Assembly: GCA_016906335.1 (NCBI GenBank)
Contig: JADEYG010000015.1
Location: 1,054,001 to 1,118,000 of the forward strand
DNA: 64,000 bases
From: Novakomyces olei
Taxonomy: Eukaryota
Direction: 5' to 3'
A model generated the notes under the pieces. It saw only the letters and a list, made by a program, of their open reading frames with translations, was not told the DNA's origin and searched no databases. Shown here piece after piece: positions 35,597 to 47,744 of the stretch (position 1 is the first letter of the stretch; each line of letters opens with the position of its first letter). A program made the position numbers and the translations under genes.

Positions 35597-36775
35597 TCAT
35601 TCTCCCGTGGCTGTAGGCAATGGATATTGCTTGATGGAATAACTGAATGAAGAGCCTCGAGGGCTATTGCTTCCGTCGCAAGAATCTGTTTCTTCAAAAA
35701 TAGTCAGCCTGCGATGTTGTGTATGTTCGATGTTTGTCATATCTGCCATTGCTGCTGGCATATCAAGAAAAAATGCCGGCGTGTCCTCAGACTGCTTTGT
35801 CGATGCGCTGCGCTTGCCAATTGTATACTCTGAAAGTATAGAAATATTGTGACTAGGCTCAGCTCTTGCAAGTTTGCTTGCATTTGAAGCTTCGTAGGCA
35901 CGTGTGTCCAGCGGATCAATCTCATCTGTTTCCAAGGGAGAGTCCAAAGATTGCCTGTGGTCAGACAGCACTCTAGTACTTTGACCACTGTCCTCTGGCA
36001 ATAGCCGAAGCCGGCCGTCTTGCATGTCTCTTGTCCCACTAATAGCACTTCTCCTTTGCTGCAGTGAGCACACTGTGGCCTCTGGACGATGCTGAGAAAG
36101 CAGTCTCAACGCCGGCGATACTTCGGCTGAAGGCGAAGACGAACCGGCTGCAGAAAGCTGTACTTTGCCTAAACTTTCAGGCGCTGCTAACCTGTTGAGT
36201 AGCGTACCCAGACGATTAAGGCAGCAGGCTTGTGCCTGTGGATGCTGAAGGACGATGACTGCCTCGGCACTTTTATCGCTCAAAGCAATCCGGCAGCGTA
36301 TTTGAGGGGCTCCGTCAGTCAGGGCATTTTCAAAAACGACTTCTTGCAAGCACCTAAACACCAATCCGCCTTGTCCTAAATCATTATCTGTTTCCTCGTT
36401 CGGTCCAACAAAGGCAGTCTGCAAAGGCAGCTCTGTCAATTTTAGTCGCAGAGCTCCGTAGTCATCCGCTAGTAAGAGTTTACAATGGCAAAACGCGTAT
36501 CTTTTGCCGCCAGGACGTGAGCCATTGCCATGGCCCATATTACCGCCGAGTGCGCGGAAAAGCCGACGCTGGTAAGATTTATAATTAGAATGTAAAGAGT
36601 GCCGCCGAATATTTTCGATCACGTCCTTTAGTAAAGAAGGACTCTCTATTCGAACAAGCCATTGTGTCTTTGAAACATGAGCAAGGTTGTGTTTACCACA
36701 GCACGAGCAAAATGATTTTGAAGAGTTTGCAGTGATCTGCCTGCTGTCTCTGTGTCGTGGCAGCATCCAGAGCAA
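35597..36775 (-). CDS. Hypothetical protein; 5' exon(s) uncertain
   Basis: 392-aa open frame; intron-like CTAAT..AAG upstream at ~36810; no family recognised. Confidence 0.5.
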   Translation of the reverse strand: MLWMLPRHRDSRQITANSSKSFCSCCGKHNLAHVSKTQWLVRIESPSLLKDVIENIRRHSLHSNYKSYQRRLFRALGGNMGHGNGSRPGGKRYAFCHCKLLLADDYGALRLKLTELPLQTAFVGPNEETDNDLGQGGLVFRCLQEVVFENALTDGAPQIRCRIALSDKSAEAVIVLQHPQAQACCLNRLGTLLNRLAAPESLGKVQLSAAGSSSPSAEVSPALRLLSQHRPEATVCSLQQRRSAISGTRDMQDGRLRLLPEDSGQSTRVLSDHRQSLDSPLETDEIDPLDTRAYEASNASKLARAEPSHNISILSEYTIGKRSASTKQSEDTPAFFLDMPAAMADMTNIEHTQHRRLTIFEETDSCDGSNSPRGSSFSYSIKQYPLPTATGE

Positions 36776-38450
36776 GATGGCAAGACAGGTTTTACGACGA
36801 GCTTTTGCCTTTAAAATTAGCGGACAGATGGGTGTTTGGAAAATAGCCCGTTTGTTTTCGTTGTTTGATTGATTTTATTTATTTATTGATTTATTGATTT
36901 TACCTTTGCTCATTTTGTGTCTTTATTTCATTCTTAGTGGAGAATGTGTTTATATATATGTTTTACTTGCAAATATTAATGTTTAATCTGACCCGTACCG
37001 GAAACCGAAATGAGACATTTCCGGTGTTCGCCACATTTCCTAAAACGATTGTGTCAGGCGTGGAAATTAAACAGAAAGCGGAAACCAGGTGAAAGTAGCG
37101 AAAAAATGAAAAAGATTTTTACTTTAGCAGAAGGGGAGACAATAAAACTAGTGAAACAAAATGAGGAGTACGTAATACAATAGGGGTGATCATGTGTGAA
37201 TTCTTTAATTGATCGGTTCTTTTGCCTCCCTCCTCTTTTGCTTGTCATAAACGCTCTGACTTAAAATGCCTCTCCGCACTAGAACATGCAAAAAATACGT
37301 AATTATTTCCCTGTTTGCAATCTGTCAAAGTTTATGCCAAATTCATGCCTTCCTTTCTCTCCTTGAAGGAGCTAGAGATCGCAACTTAAGCGTCGTTTTG
37401 GCTATTGAGATCTAGAGCGTTACGTATAGACACGCAGGGCGAGTATAAGGAAACATAAGGTGCTACAGTATAGTAACAATGCTAATTGGACCGTTTCTGT
37501 ATAAATTTTTCTGTCTAGTCAATGTTCTCAGCGAACCCCTTTTGACACCTGTGTAGAGCGTCAAATTGTGACTTGAAATCGATCGAAATAGAAACTCGCT
37601 TACTATTTATAAAGCAGGAAAGTCGCTAAGTCGGTTTGTTAGTCAACGAATCTGTCAGGGTTTTCTTTTATTAATCTCAAATTTCGTGATTTTGTCGCTG
37701 ACCGAGATGGAATTGTTCCCTTGTGCACAACCGAGTTCGGTAGCCGACGTGGCCAGTCGGCACCAATCTGATAGTGCTTTGATCGCAGGCTGGTGTCGAA
37801 GAGTCAGTTTTGTTTCCCTAAATTTGAATACATTATAAGTCTGTCGCGCTATTAATACTGTACAATGGAGGAAGTCAGTGATTCTGGAAGTGTAAAGCAT
37901 TATCACCTTTATCATAGACAACCCACAGATGATAACATTGATATAAACCAACAGAGAGATCTTATTTAGAGATGATTTTACATGGCTTGTAATACTCTAT
38001 TTGATGCGAGGCTGATTGCTCGACTATCTGCAGATTTTGGGTTCTTTCAAAAGCGTATCTAATGCAAAATGTTATAAGCAAGAAATATAATAACAAATCC
38101 GAACACCGAACAGCATGTGTATGGAATATATTATTAAACATGTACCACATTGTCAAGAGAAACGATTCAAATGCAAATGACCAAATTGTTGGAAGTATTT
38201 TTGATCTTGCTTCTATTCATTTCTCGTTTCTTGTTTCTCGTTTCTCATTCTTCATAATTTTTTACTATATTTATCTGTTTATTAATATATTTATTTCAAT
38301 TTATTATTCAATTTATTAATCAATTTATTATTCGATTTATTAATCAATTTATTAATCAATTTATTATTCTATTTATTTACCTATTTACTCGAATTTTTTT
38401 CACGATTTTATGGTAAATTATGCAAAGGCGCCTTCCACAACCATTGCAGC

Positions 38451-40550
38451 ATGCTTAGCTCTTATCAACGTCTGGGATTGCTGCTGCGGAGACTACATTT
38501 ACTAGACCGCTGTAGTGCGCAGCTGCATACGAGCTCATGGCGTAGCAATGCTCGATCCGATAGCACATTCGGCCAAAAACTGGGCAAAATTGCCGAATCG
38601 AAAAGAAGAGAATCTGCATCATCATCGCATACTCCCAATCAATCCACGCACAAAAGGGGTCGGCCGCGCAGTACAGCGTCGCGATCAGCAGCGACTAATC
38701 GCAAGGCGTCTAACGCGAGAAGGAGGAGCAGTTCGATACCAGAACTGAATGCGAGACCGGACAGAGTGACTGCTAATAGCACTGACTCGGCGGCATTTGT
38801 CGAACCAGCAGACCCTGCAAACAAGGCGGCGAAACCAAAGAGCAGTAGTGAAAAAAAGGAAGCTTTTCCTCTAAATATTGATTCTCAATCGTGCGGGAAA
38901 CCGGTCCCTGCTGACCCGAAAGAACTTTCTCATCAGAAACCGCCTGCTTTGGCTCATGGTTTAGACCGTGTCCTGTTTAACCCGGGGGTTTATCTTTTGC
39001 AAGATCCAAGGTCAAAAGTCTACAATTTTGATCCGTATCTGCAAGAAATTATGCAGAATGAAGAGTTTGATTTCGATGCACTAGAAGACTACGTTACATC
39101 CTCCCGGGACACAAAGCTACATGCTCTTGCAAAGAAGAATGGCTCGACGTTTACGGGATCGACTAGCACTCTGACGGGTGTTCTTTCTCAGCTACATCAT
39201 CTGCTTTCAAATTGGCGTAAAATCAATACTTCACAATTGAGCCAAAGCTATAGCAAAGTCCGTAGCGAATTTGGAGGCCATGTTCGAGCTCCATGCGCTG
39301 TTTTTTTGCGTTACCGAGACGGTGTTTACTCTGTTGATGCGGATAAATCAGGAGAGATGGATAGTGCTACAATACTGACAATGATGGGTCGGTCCATGGA
39401 GCGAATGCTAACAAAGACACCAGAGGTATTTGAAAGGTACCGCAAGATTACAGACGACGGGCGCTCTGAAGCAACGATGAATGGCCCTGATTCTTTTGAG
39501 AAGGAAGCGGATGTTCATCACTACACAAGATTTGGTAACATTTTAATGCGTGCTCAACTGGACTGCTTTGACCATCGGCTACCTGGGTCTGGTGTTTTTG
39601 ATCTAAAGACGCGTGCTGCCCTGGGAATCAGACTTAATATTAGGGACGCACGTACCCATTCAGGCTATCAGATATCATCGCTAAAGGGCCTCTTTGAATC
39701 GTTTGAGCGTGAGTATTTTGACATGATTCGCAATGCTTTTCTCAAGTATAGTCTGCAGGTTCGCATTGGACGGATGGATGGAATTTTTGTTGCTTTTCAT
39801 AATACTGAACGTATTTTTGGGTTCCAGTATGTTCCACTTGAAGAGATGGATCGTAGCTTACACGGCAATTCTTACGTGGCGGAAAAGGAATTTGTCATGT
39901 CATTGGCCATGCTTAACCGATTATTGCAACAAGCAATTGAACGTTATCCGGGCAGGTCAATTCGTTTAATGTTCCAAACAATGCCAGAAGAATCTGGGTC
40001 ACAAGGACCCACAATGCGATTATTTATCGAACCCATTGATGACGAAGAAATTGATCGCCGACAGACTACGAGTCTGTATGCCATGTTCAACGAAGTTGCC
40101 AATGAAAAACAACCAACCGATACCCAAAAAAATGCTTTAGAGAAGCTTATTGGTAACAATGAGATGGAGGATTTGACGTATATCCATATCCATGGCACTA
40201 ACGTTGTCAATGGCCAAGAGGTCAGTCCCTCCGACTCTCCCTCTATTACTGGTGATCAAACCAAATGGAACTTTTTGTACAATATGCAGGCTACTAGCAA
40301 TGCGAACGAAATACCAAGTATTGCCTCGATGTACCGGAGTGCTGATTACCAGCGACTCGATTTCTTCCAGCACAGTTTGTCTGCTGGTAAAAAGCAATCG
40401 CGTATGCAGCGACGACTTTTGCGGTTTGCTCAGCGCGGCCGCAAATGGTTGGAAGAGACGAAAGCACAGCAAGCGGATAATGAGCCGATACTGTTCCGTC
40501 CTAATTTTGCGCATGATTTTACACCGAGCACGGAAAAGACAGACGCTTAA
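38451..40550 (+). CDS. PET127: Mitochondrial 5'-3' RNA exonuclease Pet127
   Basis: Basic presequence; 'LAHGLDRVLFNPGVY.LQDPRS.VYNF', 'MRAQLDC', 'VFDLKTRA', 'LKYSLQVRIGRMDGIFVAFHN'. Confidence 0.95.
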   Translation: MLSSYQRLGLLLRRLHLLDRCSAQLHTSSWRSNARSDSTFGQKLGKIAESKRRESASSSHTPNQSTHKRGRPRSTASRSAATNRKASNARRRSSSIPELNARPDRVTANSTDSAAFVEPADPANKAAKPKSSSEKKEAFPLNIDSQSCGKPVPADPKELSHQKPPALAHGLDRVLFNPGVYLLQDPRSKVYNFDPYLQEIMQNEEFDFDALEDYVTSSRDTKLHALAKKNGSTFTGSTSTLTGVLSQLHHLLSNWRKINTSQLSQSYSKVRSEFGGHVRAPCAVFLRYRDGVYSVDADKSGEMDSATILTMMGRSMERMLTKTPEVFERYRKITDDGRSEATMNGPDSFEKEADVHHYTRFGNILMRAQLDCFDHRLPGSGVFDLKTRAALGIRLNIRDARTHSGYQISSLKGLFESFEREYFDMIRNAFLKYSLQVRIGRMDGIFVAFHNTERIFGFQYVPLEEMDRSLHGNSYVAEKEFVMSLAMLNRLLQQAIERYPGRSIRLMFQTMPEESGSQGPTMRLFIEPIDDEEIDRRQTTSLYAMFNEVANEKQPTDTQKNALEKLIGNNEMEDLTYIHIHGTNVVNGQEVSPSDSPSITGDQTKWNFLYNMQATSNANEIPSIASMYRSADYQRLDFFQHSLSAGKKQSRMQRRLLRFAQRGRKWLEETKAQQADNEPILFRPNFAHDFTPSTEKTDA

Positions 40551-40925
40551 AAATGGATACCATTGGTGCTGGCGGGTTTGCTTGGCAGAGTTAAAATTAT
40601 TTTTCATAGAGTTTATAGACTTGGAAATACAAAAGGGTATAAAAATTAATCACTGGCAATGACTATATTTTCTTCATGATTGGCGTGCCGAAATGGAACC
40701 ATATTTTGTTTTTGGCAAGAGAAATTTACAAAACCGCAGCTCTGATACCATAGACTTCGTACGTAGTATGCGTGAAACGAATATTAGCAAAAAAATTACA
40801 TTTATAAATTGATTAATACAACGCTCAATGATAACTTGTAAAGGACGTAATAAATGCTTCATGCAACTCGTTTCGACATCAGTCCAACGATGCATAAGCT
40901 ATAGATGCCACTTGTGTTTTAAACG

Positions 40926-41428
40926 TCAAAAGAAATGAATCTTGGATCACGAGGGATCCCGGTACGTGGATCTATATCATTGTTTTCCATTCTGGATCGA
41001 ATATTAGCAAAACGGCATTAAAAATCAAATTAAAAAACACACAAAAAAAAAAACCGCAACTACCTTTGTTGATTCAAAATACGTCGAGCTTCATCAAACT
41101 CGCAGCCACGTTCGCGCATAATACGAGCGATTTCGCGTTTGCCTGCTTCTTCCAAACCTCCGCGTGTATCGCCAGCGTTAACATTCTCATACAGATTGAA
41201 GGCAGATGATGTAAACCCCGAATCAATATCGCCAGCAAAAGTGGAAAGTCTTGAATATCTGAAGCGGTCACGCAGTCTTGAAGGTATCAGTCGAATCACA
41301 TATGTTCGCAAAAAGTAGAGTACTAGATTTAGTTTAGTAAGCGCCTTCCAACATAATTCCCACAACTTACGCGTGCCGAATACGATGATAGCAAACGTTA
41401 CATACGACAGAATATAGTGCGTACGCAT
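40926..41428 (-). CDS. DUF2015 (UPF0357/YCL012C-like) small membrane protein, 3 exons
   Basis: 'TFAGDIDSGFTSSAFNL..N...GDTRGGL', 'FDEARR', last exon 'GIPRDPRFISF*'. Confidence 0.85.
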
Positions 41429-41572
41429 TGCATTTACTCTTGTCGAGCTTAGTGGCTCTTCCCTACACTCCGGAAAAAGAGCTCATAACACTGTTTTGAA
41501 GCGAAATCATGCACAGCATGGAGTAGCGTCAACCATTCAAAGATAGGACACAGTAATATATTATGAATACGC

Positions 41573-41575
<3 letters not shown>

Positions 41576-41657
<82 letters not shown>

Positions 41658-41659
41658 AT
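41576..41659. repeat. (AAAT)n microsatellite, ~21 copies
   Basis: Perfect run in the divergent DUF2015/NUP170 promoter. Confidence 0.97.
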
Positions 41660-41833
41660 ACATATACATTATTTTAGCAGCTGCTGCATTTGCTGGAAAC
41701 TGAACACATCAACACAAGCAAAAGAGCAATTGGCTCAGAGTAGGTTGGTCTTTCATTCAGGGCAGCGTCTGCTGGCGCACGCGCGAAAAGGTTTACTGCA
41801 ATTTTTTGAGCAGCCTGAAATTCGGCTCCTAAT

Positions 41834-44800
41834 ATGGCGCAATTCGACGGTATCGATCGCCTTGAGCTGGATGCGCTTCAGCTGGCTGCAAATGCGGTAG
41901 ATGCGGGCATTCAGTATGACAGCCGGTACCCTGAAATTGGTGAAGGCGCAGGACGTATGCTTTTAGGCTTGTACCGTCTTTTTTTACTTTTTAGCTTTTT
42001 TTGATTTTAATTTTTGTCTTGAGATCTAACTCTGGCTCTAGACGGTTCTTCTCGCGAATACAGTTTGCCTACTTCACCAAACTGGCAGCCCTTTGCATTA
42101 AAGCAAGCTTTCAGTATCCCCGATACTATTTTTGAGCAGTATAATCGTATGCTTTTGAACATGCTCTTTACAAAATTAACAATTTTATTTAGGCACAGAA
42201 TGTTTTACACAAATTGGTCTATTTGCCGATTTACACCGGGCTTGGATCACTGTTGATAATCGGCTTTATACATGGAATTTCATGACAGGGAAAAATTTTC
42301 AGGCCTATGAAGATTTGCCGCATACTATAACCGCTGTAGCCCTTGTTGAGCCCCGGCCTGATGTGTTTGCTAGCAATATCACTGGCCTCCTCGTGCTGGC
42401 TACCACGTCTGACATTTACCTTTTGGGTGTCTCTGCACAATCGCCCCAAGAAGATCTTGTATTTTATTCTACACATATGAGCGTTGCCGCTGGCAGTGGT
42501 GTGCTGGTAGACAAGATTGTGGGAACGAGTTCGGGTCGAATCTTCTTCACGGCTAAAGCTGATTTAAACGTGTATGAAATTGCCTATCAAAAAGAGGAAG
42601 GATGGTTTTCAAAGCGGTGCTCCAAAATTACTCGTACCAAGAATGCTCTGGATAGTTTTGTCCCCAGTTTTTTCTCCTCCTCAATGAAAAACAAGGAGGC
42701 CGTTGTACAAATTGCCGTCGATGACTCTAGGTCATTGTTGTATACACTGTCTACCCGCTCGATTCTCCGATGCTACTTCCTGTCACGGGTAAACGCAAAC
42801 ACGTTTGAGCATTGCGTGACGTTTAGCTATGCCAATTTTGTCTCGCACGCAGAAATGGCAAACGTGAATTCTCCCCTGTTAGATATCCGAAAGACTAGCA
42901 TTGTATCAATCTCTGTTATTCCCAAGTCAGCCTCTAAGCAGATATTTATTGTTGCAGTAACTTCTACGGGCTGCCGACTGTATATCTGCGCTGGACGGTC
43001 AGGGATCATTTACTCGGGCGGCGTCGATGCTCCTCCAAATACAATGCAATTGTCACATGTTAGATTGCCTCCTCCAGCAACATCCACCACTGATGCAAGC
43101 TTGACTTCACCTCTGGGTGTTTCCAGTGGAGCACAGCTTGCACTTCGCCCGTCTGGCTCTGCCTCTTCAGCTGCTGCCACGCGTTTCAATCAAATCAGTG
43201 GACCTGGAGCAATCAAACCGGTAAACTCCAATCCTTCAGCAATGGCAATTGGTACAGACGCCCCAAAGAGTCTGAACTCGAGCAGCCTTTCACAAGTTTT
43301 CCCCTGTGGCTCTTTTCTTTCCATTCCGCGGCAGAGGGAAACAGACGATGGTTCTGCTGTGCAGTTGTTTGGAGCTGCTCCTGAGATTGGCAGAATCGCC
43401 ATTGCTAGCCAGGCTAAACTGCCCTTTTTCATTATGGAGTCGGGTAATTATGTCAGTATCCAGGGCTTTGTCCAAGCGATTGGAGTACTCGGAGGCAATA
43501 AGAATGGCACTTTTAGATACTGTTCCCCCAACGAGCTGGCCCGGCAATTTGATTCGGCTCCGCTCACGATTGTTGTGCTTACAAATGCCGGTGCTTATGT
43601 GCTCACTCGTCGGCGGCCAATTGAGGTCCTGGCCGGAGCGATTAGAGCAGCTTTAAGCCGGACTTCGGGTGCAGCAGACGCTGAACTACGGCATTTTGTG
43701 GACACTGTTGGCCGCACTGAAGCCTGTGCTATCAGCCTAAGTCTTGTTGTTGGCGAAGATTTCAAAAAAGCCTCTGAAAACAGCAGTACAGCGTTTGATG
43801 GAGGAGATTTTTTCTCGGCAGGAGACTCGCTTGATCTTGCTCGCCGGTGCTTTATCGAGTATGGAGGCCGGGCGCAAACGGACGAGAATGTGGCCAATGC
43901 TATAGGCAGAGATATGCCCTCGCTTTTTGAATCCGTCAGGCTCTCTGGCCGCCACGACGGGCTGGCTCTGTTCCTTGCCAGAGTTCTTTGTGCAGTCTGG
44001 ACCCGTCCTTGCCTAAAGTTGGCTCCCAGTGCCAGTGTTCCCGGCCAGGCTCGTGTGTACCAGTCAAACCTGCCTGCAAGTGCTCTGCGGCACATCCAAT
44101 CCTGTCTAGTATCCGTTGTACAGTTTCTGGAGGAGAACAAGAGCTTTATTGAGGGCCTTTCTGGGCCAGAAAGGATAACTGACTCTGCGCACGGTGTCGA
44201 GATTGCTCAGCAGGCAGAGCATCGTGGCATGCATGCTCTGCTTGTCTTTACAAAACGAGTGATTCAGGCAATCTCTTTCCTTCAGCTCTTGTTTGAGGAG
44301 GACGTTGTGCATTTAGATGCCACTATCTGCCTCTTGCCGGACGTGCAGAGGTCTATACTTTCTCTAACTGTTCGTGGTCTTGTATGCTCTGCCGCTGGCC
44401 AGGAGCAGGCCAAAGAGATTGTTAACGCTATCGTCAATCGCCATATTGCTGCTGGTGCTAATATAGACAGTATTAGCGGGGCCCTTAGGGAACGTTGTGG
44501 AGCCTTTTGTAGCGCTGACGATGTCCTTGTCTACAAGGCCACTGAGCTTGTACGCAAAGCCAAGCAGCAGCCTGATGATGACATTGGCCGGGCAGCACTG
44601 CTGCAGGACAGTCTGAGGCTGTTTAAAAGGACAGCGAGGCAGCTGACACTGGCAAACTTGAGTGAGGCTAGCGACGAGTATACTGCTCTCAACTTCCATC
44701 CAGGCGCAATTGAGCTGGCTCTTGAATTCGCAAATGCAAAGGACCCAGAGAACTATGGGTTTGCTTACATGTTGGACAATAGCCAGTCGGCTAATGATTT

Positions 44801-46157
44801 TCGTAAAAGTGCGTACGATATGCGTCGTGCTTGCTACAGTCTAATATTCCAAATACTGCACGAAACTGACCTGCTCGCGGCTGACTGTGACGAGCGCCAA
44901 TTGGCCTCTGCCACTGGACTACAGTTACAGGAGGCAGAAAACCCTGGTCGACTTGTGAGGGAGGCGAGTTACCGTGTAGTGCTCGAGAGTACTGACCCAT
45001 TCCTGCACGACTGCTACTACGAATGGCTGATTGCCGGTGGAGCAGCTGCCCGGCTACTGACGCTAAACACGGTTTACGTACAAGGCTTCCTCGAACGCAA
45101 AAGTGCGGGTCTCGTGGATGCACAGTCTGTGGAGCTGGCAGAACTGCTTTACCAGCTGCATGCAAAGAACAGCAATTTTCTGGAGGCAGCACGGACTCTG
45201 CTCGTGCTGGCCAAACGCAGGACTGAGCCTGAGCAAGGGTTGACGGCTACTCTCTCCCTTGGCCAGCGTATAACCTTTCTGAGTCTCGCAAAAAATTACT
45301 GTGGATGCTTTGTTCCACAGCACGAGCGTACAGCCCTCAACGAGCTGCTGCTAGAGATCCAAGAGTTGCTGGATGTGGCGGCAGTTCAGGACGATTTGCT
45401 CTCTGCCATCAAGGCAGAATGGAGCAGCAGCCAGAGCCTTGGTGGCTCTGGCACAACAGACAGGGCCAGAGGCAACGAGTCTATAATTAAGGAGTTGGAT
45501 ACGGGAGGCATTCTCTCACTGACAATCCTGTTCAACGAGTACGCTGACCCTCTGGCGCTGTACGAAGTGTGCCTATCCATTCTCCATACTGCAGACTACA
45601 AGGACTCTGTCCTTGTGCAAGAGTACTGGCTAAAGTTATTGGAGCAAAAGCTGCAGCAGGGCCAGGAGCAAGGTGCCGGGAGCGAACCGCTCGTGGAGGC
45701 AGTCAGACGGCTGGCGATTATGTTTGCCTCCTCACAGGTCGTGTTTACTGTACAGGACATTTTGCCCTTGCTTGAAAGGTTCCGCCTTGAGCATTTGAGC
45801 AGTCTGCGGGAGGAACGCAATGCTCCCTGGATCCCACAGTCTCTGCTCGAGGCAAATATTGCTCACGAGCTGGTCTATGCCGTACTGGATGAAATGTATG
45901 ATGCCCGGGAAGCTCCTTTAGCCGGCTCTAAATCCGCTCTGGCGGCTATTGTTTCCGATATCGTTTACGTACTGCAGAGCTGGTGCGCCGGGAACGCTTG
46001 GGGGCCGTATGGGCAGACGAGCGGGAACAAGGAGAACCTACCCGTGCAGGCTATACGCTCTGCCTTGCAAAAGTATTCTGCTGCAGAGATTGGCAATGGC
46101 GATTTGCAGACAGATATTCGGGAAAGGATACGGAGACTACAAGCGACCCTGCAGTAA
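41834..46157 (+). CDS. NUP170: Nucleoporin Nup170/Nup157 (Nup155), two 5' introns
   Basis: 'IPDTIFEQYN', 'GLFADLHRAWITVDNRLY.W', 'EEGWFSKRCSK', 'SGRHDGLALFL', 'LRERCGAFCSADD'. Confidence 0.93.
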
Positions 46158-46365
46158 ATGGTACTGTCTTGCCTCATTGCGCGTTACGTTTCGGCTTTTC
46201 ACTCTGGTTTAGACGTGTGGATTGCCGCTACCGCGAACCAAGAGATATGGCAGTGTGTGAATAGTCGTACTGAGCATAGTAAAAATGTACTAGATGATGG
46301 TCAAATGAATACGAGCAATTGATATTGCAACTGTGTATAAGCTGGCTGCCATTAGTTTAATATAA

Positions 46366-46525
46366 ATAATAATAATAATTATTATATTATTATATTATTA
46401 TATTATTATATTATTATATTATTATATTATTATATTATTATATTATTATATTATTATATTATTATATTATTATATTATTATATTATTATATTATTATATT
46501 ATTATAAAAGTATTATTATATTATA
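46366..46525. repeat. (TATTA)n minisatellite, ~25-30 copies
   Basis: Near-perfect run upstream of eL28. Confidence 0.97.
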
Positions 46526-46600
46526 TCTTTTGCAGAGCTACAAAAGCAGTCACGCTCACAAACAAAATCATATCAAACACAAGCGACTGCAAACACCAAA

Positions 46601-47047
46601 ATGTCGACCAACTTTAGCAACGACCTCGCGTGGATCGTGACACGGCGCACGTCGCGCTTCAATGTGACTCACCGTGAGAGCGGTGGTTTCCGTTTCTCTA
46701 CGGAGCCGCTCAACTTGAAGAACGTTGCCGCGCCGCAATTGTCGGGACTTTCATCGGATCAGGCGTACGGCTTGGACTTTGATGCTGCACAGGACCAGTA
46801 TGTGCTTTCGCTAAAGAACGCGGACAAGACTTTCAAGCCAGTCGAGTCCCTGACCAAGATCACGCTGGACAAGGGCTTGTCGGGACGCGAATTGGCTTAT
46901 CGCGTTCAGCAGGAGACGACTGACAAAGATTACCGTGCTGATCTGAACCGTGCAGGTGTAACCCGCGCTCTCCGCTTGGCACGTGCCCAAAAGCCGGCCA
47001 AAGAGCCTTTCGCCAAGAAGCAGCGCGGACGCGGCCGAAAACATTAA
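46601..47047 (+). CDS. RPL28: 60S ribosomal protein eL28 (L28e), intronless
   Basis: 'SNDLAWIVTR', 'FSTEPLNLKN', 'YRADL...RA', basic tail. Confidence 0.85.
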   Translation: MSTNFSNDLAWIVTRRTSRFNVTHRESGGFRFSTEPLNLKNVAAPQLSGLSSDQAYGLDFDAAQDQYVLSLKNADKTFKPVESLTKITLDKGLSGRELAYRVQQETTDKDYRADLNRAGVTRALRLARAQKPAKEPFAKKQRGRGRKH

Positions 47048-47744
47048 GCATTAGATGTTGAAAATTTACACACGTATTACATATACTCTTGTGCACCCTA
47101 ATAAATAATCCCAAGATTGTGCAATCCGCATGATTGGAGTGACCAGTGCGTTCCAGTGCTGCCGAGTGCTGCCCAGTGTATGGCATTCACTGGACGCTAC
47201 GATTGAATACATTAAACTAAAAGAATTGCTTCTACATTGACCACAATTCGTGCAGTCGCTAGTAGACGTCATTCATAAGCACTGCACAATTAATTACCAC
47301 TGACTAGTGAATTACTCTGTAATTTATTAAATACAGTTGAATTTATCTGCAATATTGGCCTGTATAGTGTGTTGGCAGGATAATAAATTGTTACCAACGT
47401 TGACGTCGTATACCGACTACACTGTACCGCAACACTGTACCGCAACCCTACCCTACTTCCGGACAAACGGTCCAGTACGCAGAAAACCCTGCCCAACCTG
47501 CCCCATATTTTTCGAGGGCGCGTGAATCACAAAAGGCGCGGGGAAATACGAGTTTGGGCGGGGCAGCGAATAGAATTGGGTGCGTTAAGCAATTGCTTTT
47601 GCAGGTGTCCCTTTGGCTTATAATAATATCTTTAATAATATAAATATTAATTCACAATATATTTCGTCGTAAATACCGTCTTGTCCGTCCGTCTGCCTGC
47701 ATTGCAAATCTCGGGCCTTTCCCCTTAGCGGCACGTAAATAACT

